The notes below the pieces were generated by a model that worked only from the letters and a program-made list of their open reading frames with translations, was not told the DNA's origin and ran no database searches. The translations under genes and the position numbers were made by a program. A stretch of 33,837 nt of DNA, taken from positions 1 through 33,837 of the IMG/VR virus record IMGVR_UViG_3300049136_000130. The stretch is one strand, 5' to 3'. The DNA is from a virus. Its lineage: Duplodnaviria > Caudoviricetes. Numbering within the stretch: the first letter of the stretch is position 1; every line of letters starts with the position of its first letter. Positions 1 to 8,011 of this stretch are shown one piece after another.

Positions 1-297
1 TCAGTCTACGATTTCGGTTGTGATGACCTTCTTGCCTCTAGTCATCAGTGTGAAGAGACCGAGGACCACCGCTCCGGCCACCCAGAAGAAGACGATGAAG
101 CTCGTCCCCAAAGTTGCGCCGATTGCCCCTCCGCCTCGGGCCGCATCACTAGTTTGCCCGTCTATGAGTTCTCCGACAGAACCCCAGTAGGAGAAGAGCC
201 AAAAGCCCATCAGCAGATTGAACAGGATGAACGTCCATTTGAAGAGCTTGCCCACAACGCCGCGCTTGCGAACCTCAATGCTGACTGTCTTAGCCAT
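1..297 (-). CDS. Small two-TM membrane protein downstream of repressor (possible superinfection-exclusion/lysogeny moron)
   Basis: 98 aa, two hydrophobic helices (LFKWTFILFNLLMGFWLFSYW; FIVFFWVAGAVVLGLFTLM), co-oriented with cI. Confidence 0.7.
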   Translation of the reverse strand: MAKTVSIEVRKRGVVGKLFKWTFILFNLLMGFWLFSYWGSVGELIDGQTSDAARGGGAIGATLGTSFIVFFWVAGAVVLGLFTLMTRGKKVITTEIVD

Positions 298-454
298 GAT
301 ACAATGCCCCCAGAGTACTAGCGCGCCTTGCCGCGCCTTTTGCCCTGACTGTTATCCTACTCCTAACTGGGCTAGACACCCAACAACTCGTCAGTCCGGA
401 TCAGCCGGTACACGGCCTTTGTTTGGCCAAGGACGTTCGCTCCTCCAGGAATGG

Positions 455-685
455 CTAAAGATAATTCGAACGCCGTTGCAGAGCTTTGACCCCTCTGTCT
501 AAAACCCGATAGGCGGGCAGTGACGGCTCCTTCTCGACCAGTCCTCTCTCAAGGAGAGCGGGCAACGCCTTTTCGTCGCCCGGAAGAAGAGCCTCGGTGT
601 TCCGGATGCTGCTATAAGGTACCCAGGTTGCGTGGGCCCCTTCGGCCTGCAAGAAGCGCAATAGCCGGACCTCTGCACCGTTCAT
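455..685 (-). CDS. Hypothetical protein, winged-helix-like
   Basis: 76 aa, GAGAGGAGG SD upstream, LLERGLVE...YRVLDRG wing-like pattern. Confidence 0.65.
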   Translation of the reverse strand: MNGAEVRLLRFLQAEGAHATWVPYSSIRNTEALLPGDEKALPALLERGLVEKEPSLPAYRVLDRGVKALQRRSNYL

Positions 686-727
686 CAGATCCTCCTCTCA
701 TCATCAGAGCACCCATGTTCCTAGCCC

Positions 728-1483
728 TCACACCGGCAGCGCCTGGTTGTTGAAGACGAATCGGACGAGGGCGAGGATGGTAACCTCCTTACCGTCGTCG
801 GTATGATGATCCCGCCTCATGACGATTGGCTTGTGAGCCTTGTTGGTGGATCGGGGATGAAATTCGGCTCGATCCGGGAAGACCTTCAACTCTTTCACCG
901 AGCGCTCCCGGAGCTGGCCATCAGCGGTCGTCTGCTGGACCACGACGTTCAAGCCGTCTCTGGGTTCCAAGCCTAGATCCTCCCAGACCGCACAGATGAT
1001 GATATCGCCATCGTTCATAGGACTGGGCAATGCCTGGTTCATGGAATCCCCCTTGACCCGGTAAGCTCGCTGCCGAGCAAACGGGAAAACCGGGTCGCGT
1101 GGCGCAGAGACAACCTCGCCTAGATCATCGTCGAATGCCTCTAGCGCCAGGAAGGCGCCAGCCTGAACAGGTCCGTCGACCTTCGCGAAACGGAAGGATC
1201 CTCTGCTGGGCAGATCCTCAATAGTGCTGTCCCCTGAGGGAAGGGGCTCTCTTAGAACATCAGGTTCCTCAGGGCCCTCGCCCTTCAAGAGCCAAGTAGA
1301 GGTCGTCCTAAGTACGCGGGCCAAGGCTTCGAAGTTCTCCGCTCGTGGCGACTGCGACTTGCCCTTCAGGATATTTCTCACAAACGCATCACTTAGGCCG
1401 GCCTCAAGCGAAGCCGCACGGGCGCTCATGCCTACCTTCTTCAGGCGTCGGTCAATCCGGTCAGCCAAATCTGCGCTCATCAT
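728..1483 (-). CDS. CI-like phage repressor (HTH + S24 peptidase-like domain); start likely 1483 or 1480 rather than 1573
   Basis: N-terminal HTH (MSARAASLEAGLSDAFVRNILKG), VQAG cleavage-like site, VKGDSM catalytic Ser, SVKEL Lys; divergent from cro-like gene. Confidence 0.92.
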   Translation of the reverse strand: MMSADLADRIDRRLKKVGMSARAASLEAGLSDAFVRNILKGKSQSPRAENFEALARVLRTTSTWLLKGEGPEEPDVLREPLPSGDSTIEDLPSRGSFRFAKVDGPVQAGAFLALEAFDDDLGEVVSAPRDPVFPFARQRAYRVKGDSMNQALPSPMNDGDIIICAVWEDLGLEPRDGLNVVVQQTTADGQLRERSVKELKVFPDRAEFHPRSTNKAHKPIVMRRDHHTDDGKEVTILALVRFVFNNQALPV

Positions 1484-1562
1484 GCGGTATTCTAACCGCG
1501 CAGTCAGATTGAACGGAAGCGATATCTTTACCGTTGACCATGCGGTATAAATATCGCATTGT
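1484..1562. promoter_or_regulatory. cI/cro switch: three 16-bp operators (consensus GCGGTA-N4-TACCGC) and rightward promoter
   Basis: GCGGTATTCTAACCGC 1484-1499, GCGATATCTTTACCGT 1519-1534, GCGGTATAAATATCGC 1542-1557; TTGACC(1534)-N17-CATTGT(1557). Confidence 0.8.
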
Positions 1563-1571
1563 GGTTCTGCC

Positions 1572-1856
1572 ATGACACTCGTTCAAAACCTTCTGCTCGT
1601 AGCGAGCACTTTCGCTGAGGCGCGCAAGCTCAGTCTCTCGCGTGCCTCCACCATCGTATTTGGGGACGGTAAAATTCTGCAGAGGCTACAGGACGGAAGC
1701 GATCTGACTACGCGCCGCCTTGAGACAGCAATGCAGTGGTTTTCCGACAACTGGCCGGATGACGTTGAGTGGCCACGCGATGTGCCGCGACCACCGGAAC
1801 CATCCCTCCCTTTTCAAGACGACGTCCCAGCAAGCGCCGTCGTTGAGGCCGCGTAA
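1572..1856 (+). CDS. Cro-like DNA-binding protein
   Basis: Divergent from repressor; HTH LSLSRASTIVFGDGKILQRL followed by WFSDNWP...WP tail typical of alphaproteobacterial phage Cro-like proteins. Confidence 0.8.
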   Translation: MTLVQNLLLVASTFAEARKLSLSRASTIVFGDGKILQRLQDGSDLTTRRLETAMQWFSDNWPDDVEWPRDVPRPPEPSLPFQDDVPASAVVEAA

Positions 1857-1896
1857 CTAACACGACCCCGACAGCGCACGAGAACGGCTTTTGATT

Positions 1897-2034
1897 TTAA
1901 AAGGGTGTGAGCAGCAGCATGAACTTCCCCAAGTTTATTGAACCACAGGTGATTTGCCGAGGCTTCTGCGAACGATGGGTACCTCGGGCGAGGTCTCTTC
2001 CGAGGTATCCAACACCCTTCCATTCCCTTTCCAT
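1897..2034 (-). CDS. Possible 45-aa antisense ORF (MEREWKGVGYLGRD...)
   Basis: GGGAGG SD 8 nt upstream of ATG; not in ORF track. Confidence 0.3.
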   Translation of the reverse strand: MEREWKGVGYLGRDLARGTHRSQKPRQITCGSINLGKFMLLLTPF

Positions 2035-2107
2035 CGGACTGTCCTCCCGGTCTGGTGTGAAGAGCGCGGGCCGCTTTGTACAACCGCCCTCTGGTGCCGC
2101 CCGCGCA

Positions 2108-2254
2108 TCATTCCTTCCTCGGTCGCTTTCGGTTCGCCTCTCGCACTTTCGGCAGGGCCTCCTTCAGCTTGCGCAGGAGGTGAGCGCGGATCTCCGCCTC
2201 GGTGGCTCCGGCGCCCTTGAGTCTCTTCTCACCGCCGTCCTCACCGCTGCTCAT
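2108..2254 (-). CDS. 48-aa basic small protein (MSSGEDGGEKRLKGAGATEAEIRAHLLRKLKEALPKVREANRKRPRKE)
   Basis: GGAGG SD 7 nt upstream, host-like codon use, amphipathic helix; below ORF-track cutoff. Confidence 0.55.
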   Translation of the reverse strand: MSSGEDGGEKRLKGAGATEAEIRAHLLRKLKEALPKVREANRKRPRKE

Positions 2255-2328
2255 TGGTATTCCTCCGTTGGGAAGAAGTTCCGCCAGAACGCAGCCGTAG
2301 TCATCTCAAAAAATCAGCGAGTTTTGCA

Positions 2329-2850
2329 ATGAACGGAAGAAGAATATCAGATGAGGAAAGGAAGATACTCAAAGGCTGTCTTGACGATGACGTTGACGTT
2401 GCTGGCGGCGTGTCTCGGGTATGCGAGAAGCTGAAAGTCAGTGCTTCTCTAGTCTCACGATATACATCGATCAATGACCAGAACATTGGCACCAACATGC
2501 CCATCGACGTGCTGCTCGGCCTTATCAGGCAGCTCATCAAGCAGGGCGGACGGTCCAAGGTTCTCGCCATGCTGGCGGACGAGGCAGGACTTGAGCTGGT
2601 GCCAAAGATCGACGCTTTTTCGAAGCAGGTGTCGCTGCTCGACCACCTTGCTGATCTGACGGCTCGCGCCTCAGCCGTGCAGATCAAGATCATGCAGGCC
2701 GAGGCTGACGGGCAGGGCACCGACAGCCGCGAAGCCGCCGAAATCATGCCTGCTGTCAAAGCGCTGATCAGCGAGGGCGTCGAGCTCGAGCACATTCTTG
2801 AACACAAGATCTGCGGCAACGTCACAGCCCTTCGTGGGAGGACAGCATGA
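2329..2850 (+). CDS. CII-like phage regulatory protein
   Basis: Position after cro; HTH (GGVSRVCEKLKVSASLVSRY), MPIDVL motif, helical C-terminus. Confidence 0.65.
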   Translation: MNGRRISDEERKILKGCLDDDVDVAGGVSRVCEKLKVSASLVSRYTSINDQNIGTNMPIDVLLGLIRQLIKQGGRSKVLAMLADEAGLELVPKIDAFSKQVSLLDHLADLTARASAVQIKIMQAEADGQGTDSREAAEIMPAVKALISEGVELEHILEHKICGNVTALRGRTA

Positions 2851-3143
2851 GCCGCCTTCCCGACGAGAAGATTGCCGCCATCAAGGCTTTGCGCGCCAAA
2901 GGCCACAGCATCCGTGAAGTGTCCCAACTCGCCAAGGCTGGCGTGGGAACGGTGCATAGCTACTCAGGCTCGATCAAGCTTCCCTTCGGCCCTCTGAAGC
3001 GCGGCCCCAAGCGGAAGGTCGCCTACAACGTCTGCAAGGCGCTTCAGGACCAGGGGCTGAACTATCGCCAAATCGCGGCACGCCTCGGCTGCGCACATTC
3101 AGCCGTTTTCCGCACCCTCAAAACAGGGAAATCAGCGGCATGA
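2847..3143 (+). CDS. Tandem helix-turn-helix protein
   Basis: GHSIREVSQLAKAGVGTVHSY and GLNYRQIAARLGCAHSAVFRTL; ATGA overlap. Confidence 0.8.
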   Translation: MSRLPDEKIAAIKALRAKGHSIREVSQLAKAGVGTVHSYSGSIKLPFGPLKRGPKRKVAYNVCKALQDQGLNYRQIAARLGCAHSAVFRTLKTGKSAA

Positions 3144-3415
3144 CCGACATGGCCCCCGATCTCATCCGCTCCTACGTCGATCGCATCCTTCGCCTCAAAG
3201 AGGAAGAGGATGGCCTGAAATCAGACATCAAGGACATCTACGCCGAAGCCAAGAGCAACGGCTTTGACAAGACCGCGCTTGGCGATCTGGTCACGCATCT
3301 GCGTAAGCAGGCGAAGAACCCAGAAAAGCAGGCAGAGCGTTCGTCGCTGTTCGACCTGTATCTCGACGCCTACGAGAACGCTCCTCTCACGCATACGCAT
3401 ACGCGTGAGGGCTGA
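3140..3415 (+). CDS. gapR: GapR/DUF2312-family DNA-binding protein
   Basis: LIRSYVDRILRLKEEEDGLKSDIKDIYAEAKSNGFD signature. Confidence 0.9.
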   Translation: MTDMAPDLIRSYVDRILRLKEEEDGLKSDIKDIYAEAKSNGFDKTALGDLVTHLRKQAKNPEKQAERSSLFDLYLDAYENAPLTHTHTREG

Positions 3416-3418
3416 GCG

Positions 3419-3763
3419 ATGAAGGCCGGTATCCTCGCCCTTGGTCGTCTCAAGACCGGCCAGATGAACAAAACGGAAGCCGCTTACGAGGCTCACCTCA
3501 AGCTGCGGAAGCTTGCTGGCGAGGTCGCTTGGTACAAGTTCGAGGCTTTCAAGCTCCGTTTAGCCGACAACACATTTTTCACGGTCGATTTCGCTGTGAT
3601 GCTCACAGACGGCACTCTCGAAATGCACGAGGTCAAGGGCTTCTGGACCGACGACGCTCGCGTGAAGATCAAAGTCGCTGCCGATCTCTACCCGTTCCGT
3701 TTCATCGCTGTGCAGGCGCTCCCCAAGAAAGAGGGTGGCGGGTGGAGAGTGGAGACATTCTGA
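3419..3763 (+). CDS. DUF1064-like PD-(D/E)xK nuclease
   Basis: MNKTEAAY...VDF...HEVKG motif. Confidence 0.8.
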   Translation: MKAGILALGRLKTGQMNKTEAAYEAHLKLRKLAGEVAWYKFEAFKLRLADNTFFTVDFAVMLTDGTLEMHEVKGFWTDDARVKIKVAADLYPFRFIAVQALPKKEGGGWRVETF

Positions 3764-4056
3764 TGAGCCGCTTCCCATATCCCACTGAGCCCCTCGCAGG
3801 TTTCGACGCCATGGAAGCCGACGCCATGCTCCTTGAGCGCCTGGCCGAAGAGACAGAACAGTCTGCATCCGTTCTGCAACGTTTAGCTCACAAGAACCGT
3901 GATGTGGTGCTCGCCATGGAGAACAAGGCGAAGCGCCTACGTCGGATTGCGGCCTGCCTCGGCTACATGGCCGGCCGCCTGGATCGCCTTCACCTCCTGA
4001 GTGAACCCGTGCGCCGTGAAAACAACTACGGCGGCAACAACCGGAGCGCAGCATGA
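3763..4056 (+). CDS. Hypothetical protein (starts MSRFPYPTE)
   Basis: TGATG coupling to upstream gene, GGAG SD, ATGA overlap downstream. Confidence 0.7.
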   Translation: MSRFPYPTEPLAGFDAMEADAMLLERLAEETEQSASVLQRLAHKNRDVVLAMENKAKRLRRIAACLGYMAGRLDRLHLLSEPVRRENNYGGNNRSAA

Positions 4057-4283
4057 CAGACCGCGTTATCGATCTGGAAGCCCAGCGCGAAAGGCGCATC
4101 GAGGAGGCCTGGGCTCAATACTGCACCGCCCGCATGCAGGCCGAAGCAACGCTCGCTGTCGAGGATGGTATCGCCGCTGGTAAGGCATGGCGCCGCTGGT
4201 TGGATCTCTTCATGACCATGGACCAACGCGGCTCGCTCGATAAGGCAGGGGAAGTCACGAGCCTTCAGAGGCGCATCGGATGA
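4053..4283 (+). CDS. Hypothetical phage protein
   Basis: ATGA-coupled on both sides; AW...AGKAWRRWLDLF motif. Confidence 0.75.
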   Translation: MTDRVIDLEAQRERRIEEAWAQYCTARMQAEATLAVEDGIAAGKAWRRWLDLFMTMDQRGSLDKAGEVTSLQRRIG

Positions 4284-5698
4284 ACATGCGCCCCGAACCC
4301 ACGGACTATATCGAGCAGCCGCATGCCCGTTCCGCTGAAGAGGGCTTGCTAGGTGCGATCCTGCACAATCCTGATGTCATCGACCGCGTTCGCGGCATCA
4401 CCGTTTCCGAAGACTTTCATGAGAGCGTGAATGCCGCAATCTTCCGGACGATGTGTGAGCGCCGGGATGCTGGCGAGACTATCGACGGTCGCCTCGTCCG
4501 CATAACCATCGGGGATCAGGATCTCGGCGGGATCACGGTCGGAGAATATCTGGCTCGCCTCTATGCTCATGCGACGACGGTCGCCAACGCTCCGGACTAC
4601 GCCAAGGCTATCCGCCATGCGGCCATGATGCGCAAGCTCCTGGCGGCGGCTCGCGATGCCGTTGCGGCAATGTCTTCAGGCGCGGTTCAAGACCCTTCCA
4701 GCTATGCCTCTGCGATGATCGAAGAGCTCGATGTGGTAGCCACGTCGGGCACCCATGAGAGCCTGAAGCGGGTTAGCCTCGGCTCTGCCTCCCAGCAGGC
4801 GATTGACGCCGCACTGGCCGCCCGTGAGGGACGTGTGGAGCGAGGGGCGCCCTACGGCATCCCCAGCCTCGATCGTATGACGCTCGGCATGCGCCCGGGT
4901 CAGATGATCGTCCTTGCGGGTCGCCCAGGCATGGGCAAGACGACGGTCGGCGTGGCGTTGGCTCTCAATGCCGCCAAGGCGGGTCATGGCGTCTATTTCG
5001 TCTCGCTTGAGATGGTGGCGCAGGAGCTGGGCGAGCGCGCCTTGGCCGCGGCGTCGTTCTCACCTCGGGACAAGAACCCCATCAGCTATCGAGACATCGC
5101 CAAGGGTAGGGATCTCACGGATGAGGATATCTGGGCGTTGCAGGAAGCTCAGAAGCGCCTGAACCGCTATCCGCTAACGATCGAGCAGCAACCAGGGCTC
5201 ACCATCTCCCAGATTGCCGCCCGCGCCCGTCAGGCCCGTTCCTCCATGGAGCGCAAGGGCACGCCTCTTTCCGTGGTCGTGATCGACCATCTGGGGCTCA
5301 TCAAGGCCACAGGCCGCTATTCCGGCAACCGGGTTCAGGAGCTCACCGAGATTACCGGAGCCATCAAGGTTCTGGCGAAGGAACTGAACGTTGCCGTGCT
5401 CGTCCTGTCGCAGCTCTCCCGCGAGACGGAGAAGCGCGAGGACAAGCGCCCGGTGCTGTCTGACCTGCGGGATTCCGGATCGATCGAGCAGGACGCTGAC
5501 ATGGTGATGGGCCTCTATCGGGAAGCCTATTACCTCGAACACAAGGCCAATCCGTCGCCCGAAGACATGGTGAAGCTGGAAGCCGCCAGGGACATGATCG
5601 AGGTCGAGATCCTCAAGCAGCGCCAAGGCCCGACAGGTCGAGCCAATCTCTTCTGCGCCATCAACTGCAACGTCGTAAGCGAATTGTCGGAGTTCTGA
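4280..5698 (+). CDS. dnaB: Replicative DnaB-like helicase
   Basis: AEEGLLGAIL N-domain, Walker A AGRPGMGKT, SLEM, VIDHLGL, LSQLSR, LSDLRDSGSIEQDAD, KQRQGP. Confidence 0.97.
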   Translation: MNMRPEPTDYIEQPHARSAEEGLLGAILHNPDVIDRVRGITVSEDFHESVNAAIFRTMCERRDAGETIDGRLVRITIGDQDLGGITVGEYLARLYAHATTVANAPDYAKAIRHAAMMRKLLAAARDAVAAMSSGAVQDPSSYASAMIEELDVVATSGTHESLKRVSLGSASQQAIDAALAAREGRVERGAPYGIPSLDRMTLGMRPGQMIVLAGRPGMGKTTVGVALALNAAKAGHGVYFVSLEMVAQELGERALAAASFSPRDKNPISYRDIAKGRDLTDEDIWALQEAQKRLNRYPLTIEQQPGLTISQIAARARQARSSMERKGTPLSVVVIDHLGLIKATGRYSGNRVQELTEITGAIKVLAKELNVAVLVLSQLSRETEKREDKRPVLSDLRDSGSIEQDADMVMGLYREAYYLEHKANPSPEDMVKLEAARDMIEVEILKQRQGPTGRANLFCAINCNVVSELSEF

Positions 5699-5700
5699 TC

Positions 5701-6588
5701 ATGAAGGGCGAGTTCTACAAGATGGACTTCGAAGCCTGGGACGAGGGCACCATCGACCTCTCGCTAGAGCAAGAGGCCGCATATCTCCGTCTGTGCCATC
5801 AGATGTACCGGCGCCACGGTGCAATTCCGAACTCGAAGCGCTTGCTGTGTGTCATCTTCCGCTGCGGCCATACGAAGGCGACCGCACTGCTTAAGGGCCT
5901 CATTCAAGCAGGTAAGATCGTGCTCACCGATGACGGCATGCTCGCCAATCATCGGGTTAGCAAAGAGCTAGCAGACCGCGAGCAAGTGTCGACCAAGCGT
6001 CGAGCAGCCGGGCACCAAGGTGGGACCAACAGCGGAGCAGCACGCCGTAAGTCATTGGAAACTAACGATGTAGGCGAAGCAAATGCTTCAACACCGACGA
6101 ACCAGAGAAGAGAAGAGAAGAGAAGAGAGCTAGTAAGTACTGTAGAGGGTAGTACTAGCGCGGCTCAGATCGATGCGGATTATGCTCGCTTGCAGGCTGA
6201 GATTGCTCAGGCTTTTGCCGAGATTGGGAACGTGATGCCGCCCCATCCTGGCCGAGCCAGGGTCTGGCTGGCCAACGGGTTCTCGCCCGATCTGATCATC
6301 TCAGTCATCCGTGAGGGCTTGGCCCGTAAGCCGGATATCTCGAACCTCTCGTATTTCGACAACCGACTTCGGGAGGCTGCCGAGACCAAGCCAGCCGAGC
6401 AGGCCGCCAAGCCTGCCTACAAGCCCGAAGACGTGTTCACCGATGAGGTTTGGGATCGCGCCATCACCGGCTGGAAGCGAACCAAACACTGGTCCTACGG
6501 CAAGTGGTCCATGCCGCCAGATGACCCAGCCTGCAAGATCCCGGCCCACGTCTTGGCAGCCCATGGCTACGGGAAGGCTGCAGCATGA
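5701..6588 (+). CDS. Replication initiator, DUF1376/YdaU family
   Basis: FYKMDFEAWDEGTIDLSLEQEAAYLRL N-terminus; low-complexity repeat-rich middle. Confidence 0.8.
   Translation: MKGEFYKMDFEAWDEGTIDLSLEQEAAYLRLCHQMYRRHGAIPNSKRLLCVIFRCGHTKATALLKGLIQAGKIVLTDDGMLANHRVSKELADREQVSTKRRAAGHQGGTNSGAARRKSLETNDVGEANASTPTNQRREEKRRELVSTVEGSTSAAQIDADYARLQAEIAQAFAEIGNVMPPHPGRARVWLANGFSPDLIISVIREGLARKPDISNLSYFDNRLREAAETKPAEQAAKPAYKPEDVFTDEVWDRAITGWKRTKHWSYGKWSMPPDDPACKIPAHVLAAHGYGKAAA
6076..6159. repeat. Candidate replication origin inside initiator gene
   Basis: GAAGCAAATGCTTC inverted repeat 6076-6089, 4x AGAAG 6106-6125, GCTAGTA...TACTAGC inverted repeat 6129-6159. Confidence 0.5.
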
Positions 6589-7064
6589 CCCGCTTCGCAT
6601 CCTTTGACGCTGCCGTGCTGTCCTACCTCGTCAACCTGAAAGCCAATGCGGTCAAACTCACCCGCAACGGCGATAAGGCCGATGACCTGGTGCAGGAGAC
6701 GATCGAAAAGGCGCTTCGCTGTTATGCCCAGTACAGCGAGGGCACGAACCTCATCGGCTGGTTATTCACGATCATGCAGACCAGGCACCTCGAAAGCATC
6801 CGCAGGAACTGGCGCACTGTCGAAGATCCGGATGGGGTCTATGCCGGCACGCTCTCTACCCCGGCCCATCAGGAAGCGCCCCTCGACTTACAGGATGTTG
6901 CGAAGGCCATGGACCGCGTTAAGCCCAGCCATCGCAAAGCCCTCCTCATTGTCGCGGAAGGCTCGTCTTATGAGGAAGCAGCCGAGACCCTCGGCGTTGC
7001 CGTGGGCACCATCAAAAGCAGCGTCAGCCGCGCCCGCGCTCACCTTGCGGAGATGACGGCATGA
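6585..7064 (+). CDS. ECF sigma-70 factor, EcfG/SigT-like
   Basis: ADDLVQET, GTNLIGWLFTI region 2; SYEEAAETLGVAVGTIKSSVSRAR region 4. Confidence 0.9.
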   Translation: MTRFASFDAAVLSYLVNLKANAVKLTRNGDKADDLVQETIEKALRCYAQYSEGTNLIGWLFTIMQTRHLESIRRNWRTVEDPDGVYAGTLSTPAHQEAPLDLQDVAKAMDRVKPSHRKALLIVAEGSSYEEAAETLGVAVGTIKSSVSRARAHLAEMTA

Positions 7065-7327
7065 ACCTCCCTCGTGATGAAATCGTGTGGCAGTGGAACA
7101 CGACAGAACTCACATGCGGCCAGCTCGCACGCAAGTACGGGACCACGAAGGGCGTGATCCTCGGGATCATCCATCGGGACCCGCGCGCCCAGCAGCGCAG
7201 GCCGCAGACCGCAGCGCAAAAGACCAGGCGATACATCACCGCCCTTGAGGCAGAGGTGCGGCGCCTGCAGGCCCTTGAAGCCGCTCTCGCACAATCGAAG
7301 CGCATGGAACGGAAGGCCGCAGCATGA
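7061..7327 (+). CDS. GcrA-like N-terminal HTH protein
   Basis: W...LTCGQLARKYGTTKGVILGIIHR resembles the GcrA HTH; coiled-coil C-terminus. Confidence 0.6.
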   Translation: MNLPRDEIVWQWNTTELTCGQLARKYGTTKGVILGIIHRDPRAQQRRPQTAAQKTRRYITALEAEVRRLQALEAALAQSKRMERKAAA

Positions 7328-7378
7328 CGAACGACCCCCTCTTTGCCCTGTCTGCCAAAGCCCAGGAGTGCTCCACAC

Positions 7379-8002
7379 ATGGCTAAAAAGAACCGTCGCA
7401 AGAAGCACCACCGCCAACGGATCGAGACGCCGAAGGTCACGCCCACTCACTTCGTTCGCCTGGAGCGCCTCAAGATCGTCATTGACGAGAACCTCAAGTG
7501 GTATGTCGTCAGAGTGGACGCCAAGCGAGAAGGGAAGGTCAAGCAGGGCCTCGAGGAGGCTGGTTTCACCACCTATCAACCGGTGGACGTGAAGGGCATG
7601 GCTCGGGCCAGAGGCAAGACATTCGAGGTTAGGCGACGCCCCGCAGCCGGCTATCTGTTCGTTGGCCTGGATAAGAACAGGTGTGGGCATGAGGATCTGT
7701 GGGCCTACCATGACAAGACAATCGCGGCGGATAAGCCGTTCACGGTCATCGATCAGCAGGGCCAAGAAATCGTGTGTGATGCCGGGACACTGCGCGAGCG
7801 CCCTTTCTACCGTGTCATGGGACCGTTCGGGAGCAAGCAGCTTCAGAGGTTCGCAGATAAGGTCAACGGGCCTCTTGTCGCTGCTCTGTGGAGCGGTGAC
7901 GGAATACTCGAGACATTCCCGGCAGCCGTGTTCGATATTGTCGAAGACGAAACCCTGTTGTTGACAAACTCCTTCGACAGGATTGAAACCCTAGCAGCAT
8001 AG
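7379..8002 (+). CDS. NusG-family (NGN domain) late antitermination protein
   Basis: KWYVVRVDAKREGKVKQGLEEAGFTTYQP and RRPAAGYLFV; occupies the Q position; AGGAG SD. Confidence 0.85.
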   Translation: MAKKNRRKKHHRQRIETPKVTPTHFVRLERLKIVIDENLKWYVVRVDAKREGKVKQGLEEAGFTTYQPVDVKGMARARGKTFEVRRRPAAGYLFVGLDKNRCGHEDLWAYHDKTIAADKPFTVIDQQGQEIVCDAGTLRERPFYRVMGPFGSKQLQRFADKVNGPLVAALWSGDGILETFPAAVFDIVEDETLLLTNSFDRIETLAA

Positions 8003-8011
8003 TGCTAGTTA
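7983..8011 (+). promoter_or_regulatory. Candidate late promoter
   Basis: TTGAAA(7983)-N17-TAGTTA(8006) preceded by GC, at the end of the antiterminator gene like lambda pR'. Confidence 0.45.

Noticed and set aside
1484-1573. 30-aa N-terminal extension of CI in ORF track
   Set aside because: Runs across the operators and the cro promoter; HTH begins after Met at 1483/1480
1907-2332. Plus-strand ORFs of 141 and 88 aa between cro and cII
   Set aside because: No SD, Ser/Arg/Pro-rich shadow composition; better-supported ORFs on the minus strand
3388-3408. ACGCAT tandem repeat at end of gapR
   Set aside because: Under three copies; explained by THTHTR coding
7324-7386. 20-codon ORF bridging GcrA-like and NusG-like genes
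   Set aside because: Probably a deletion remnant or coupling spacer; too short to support
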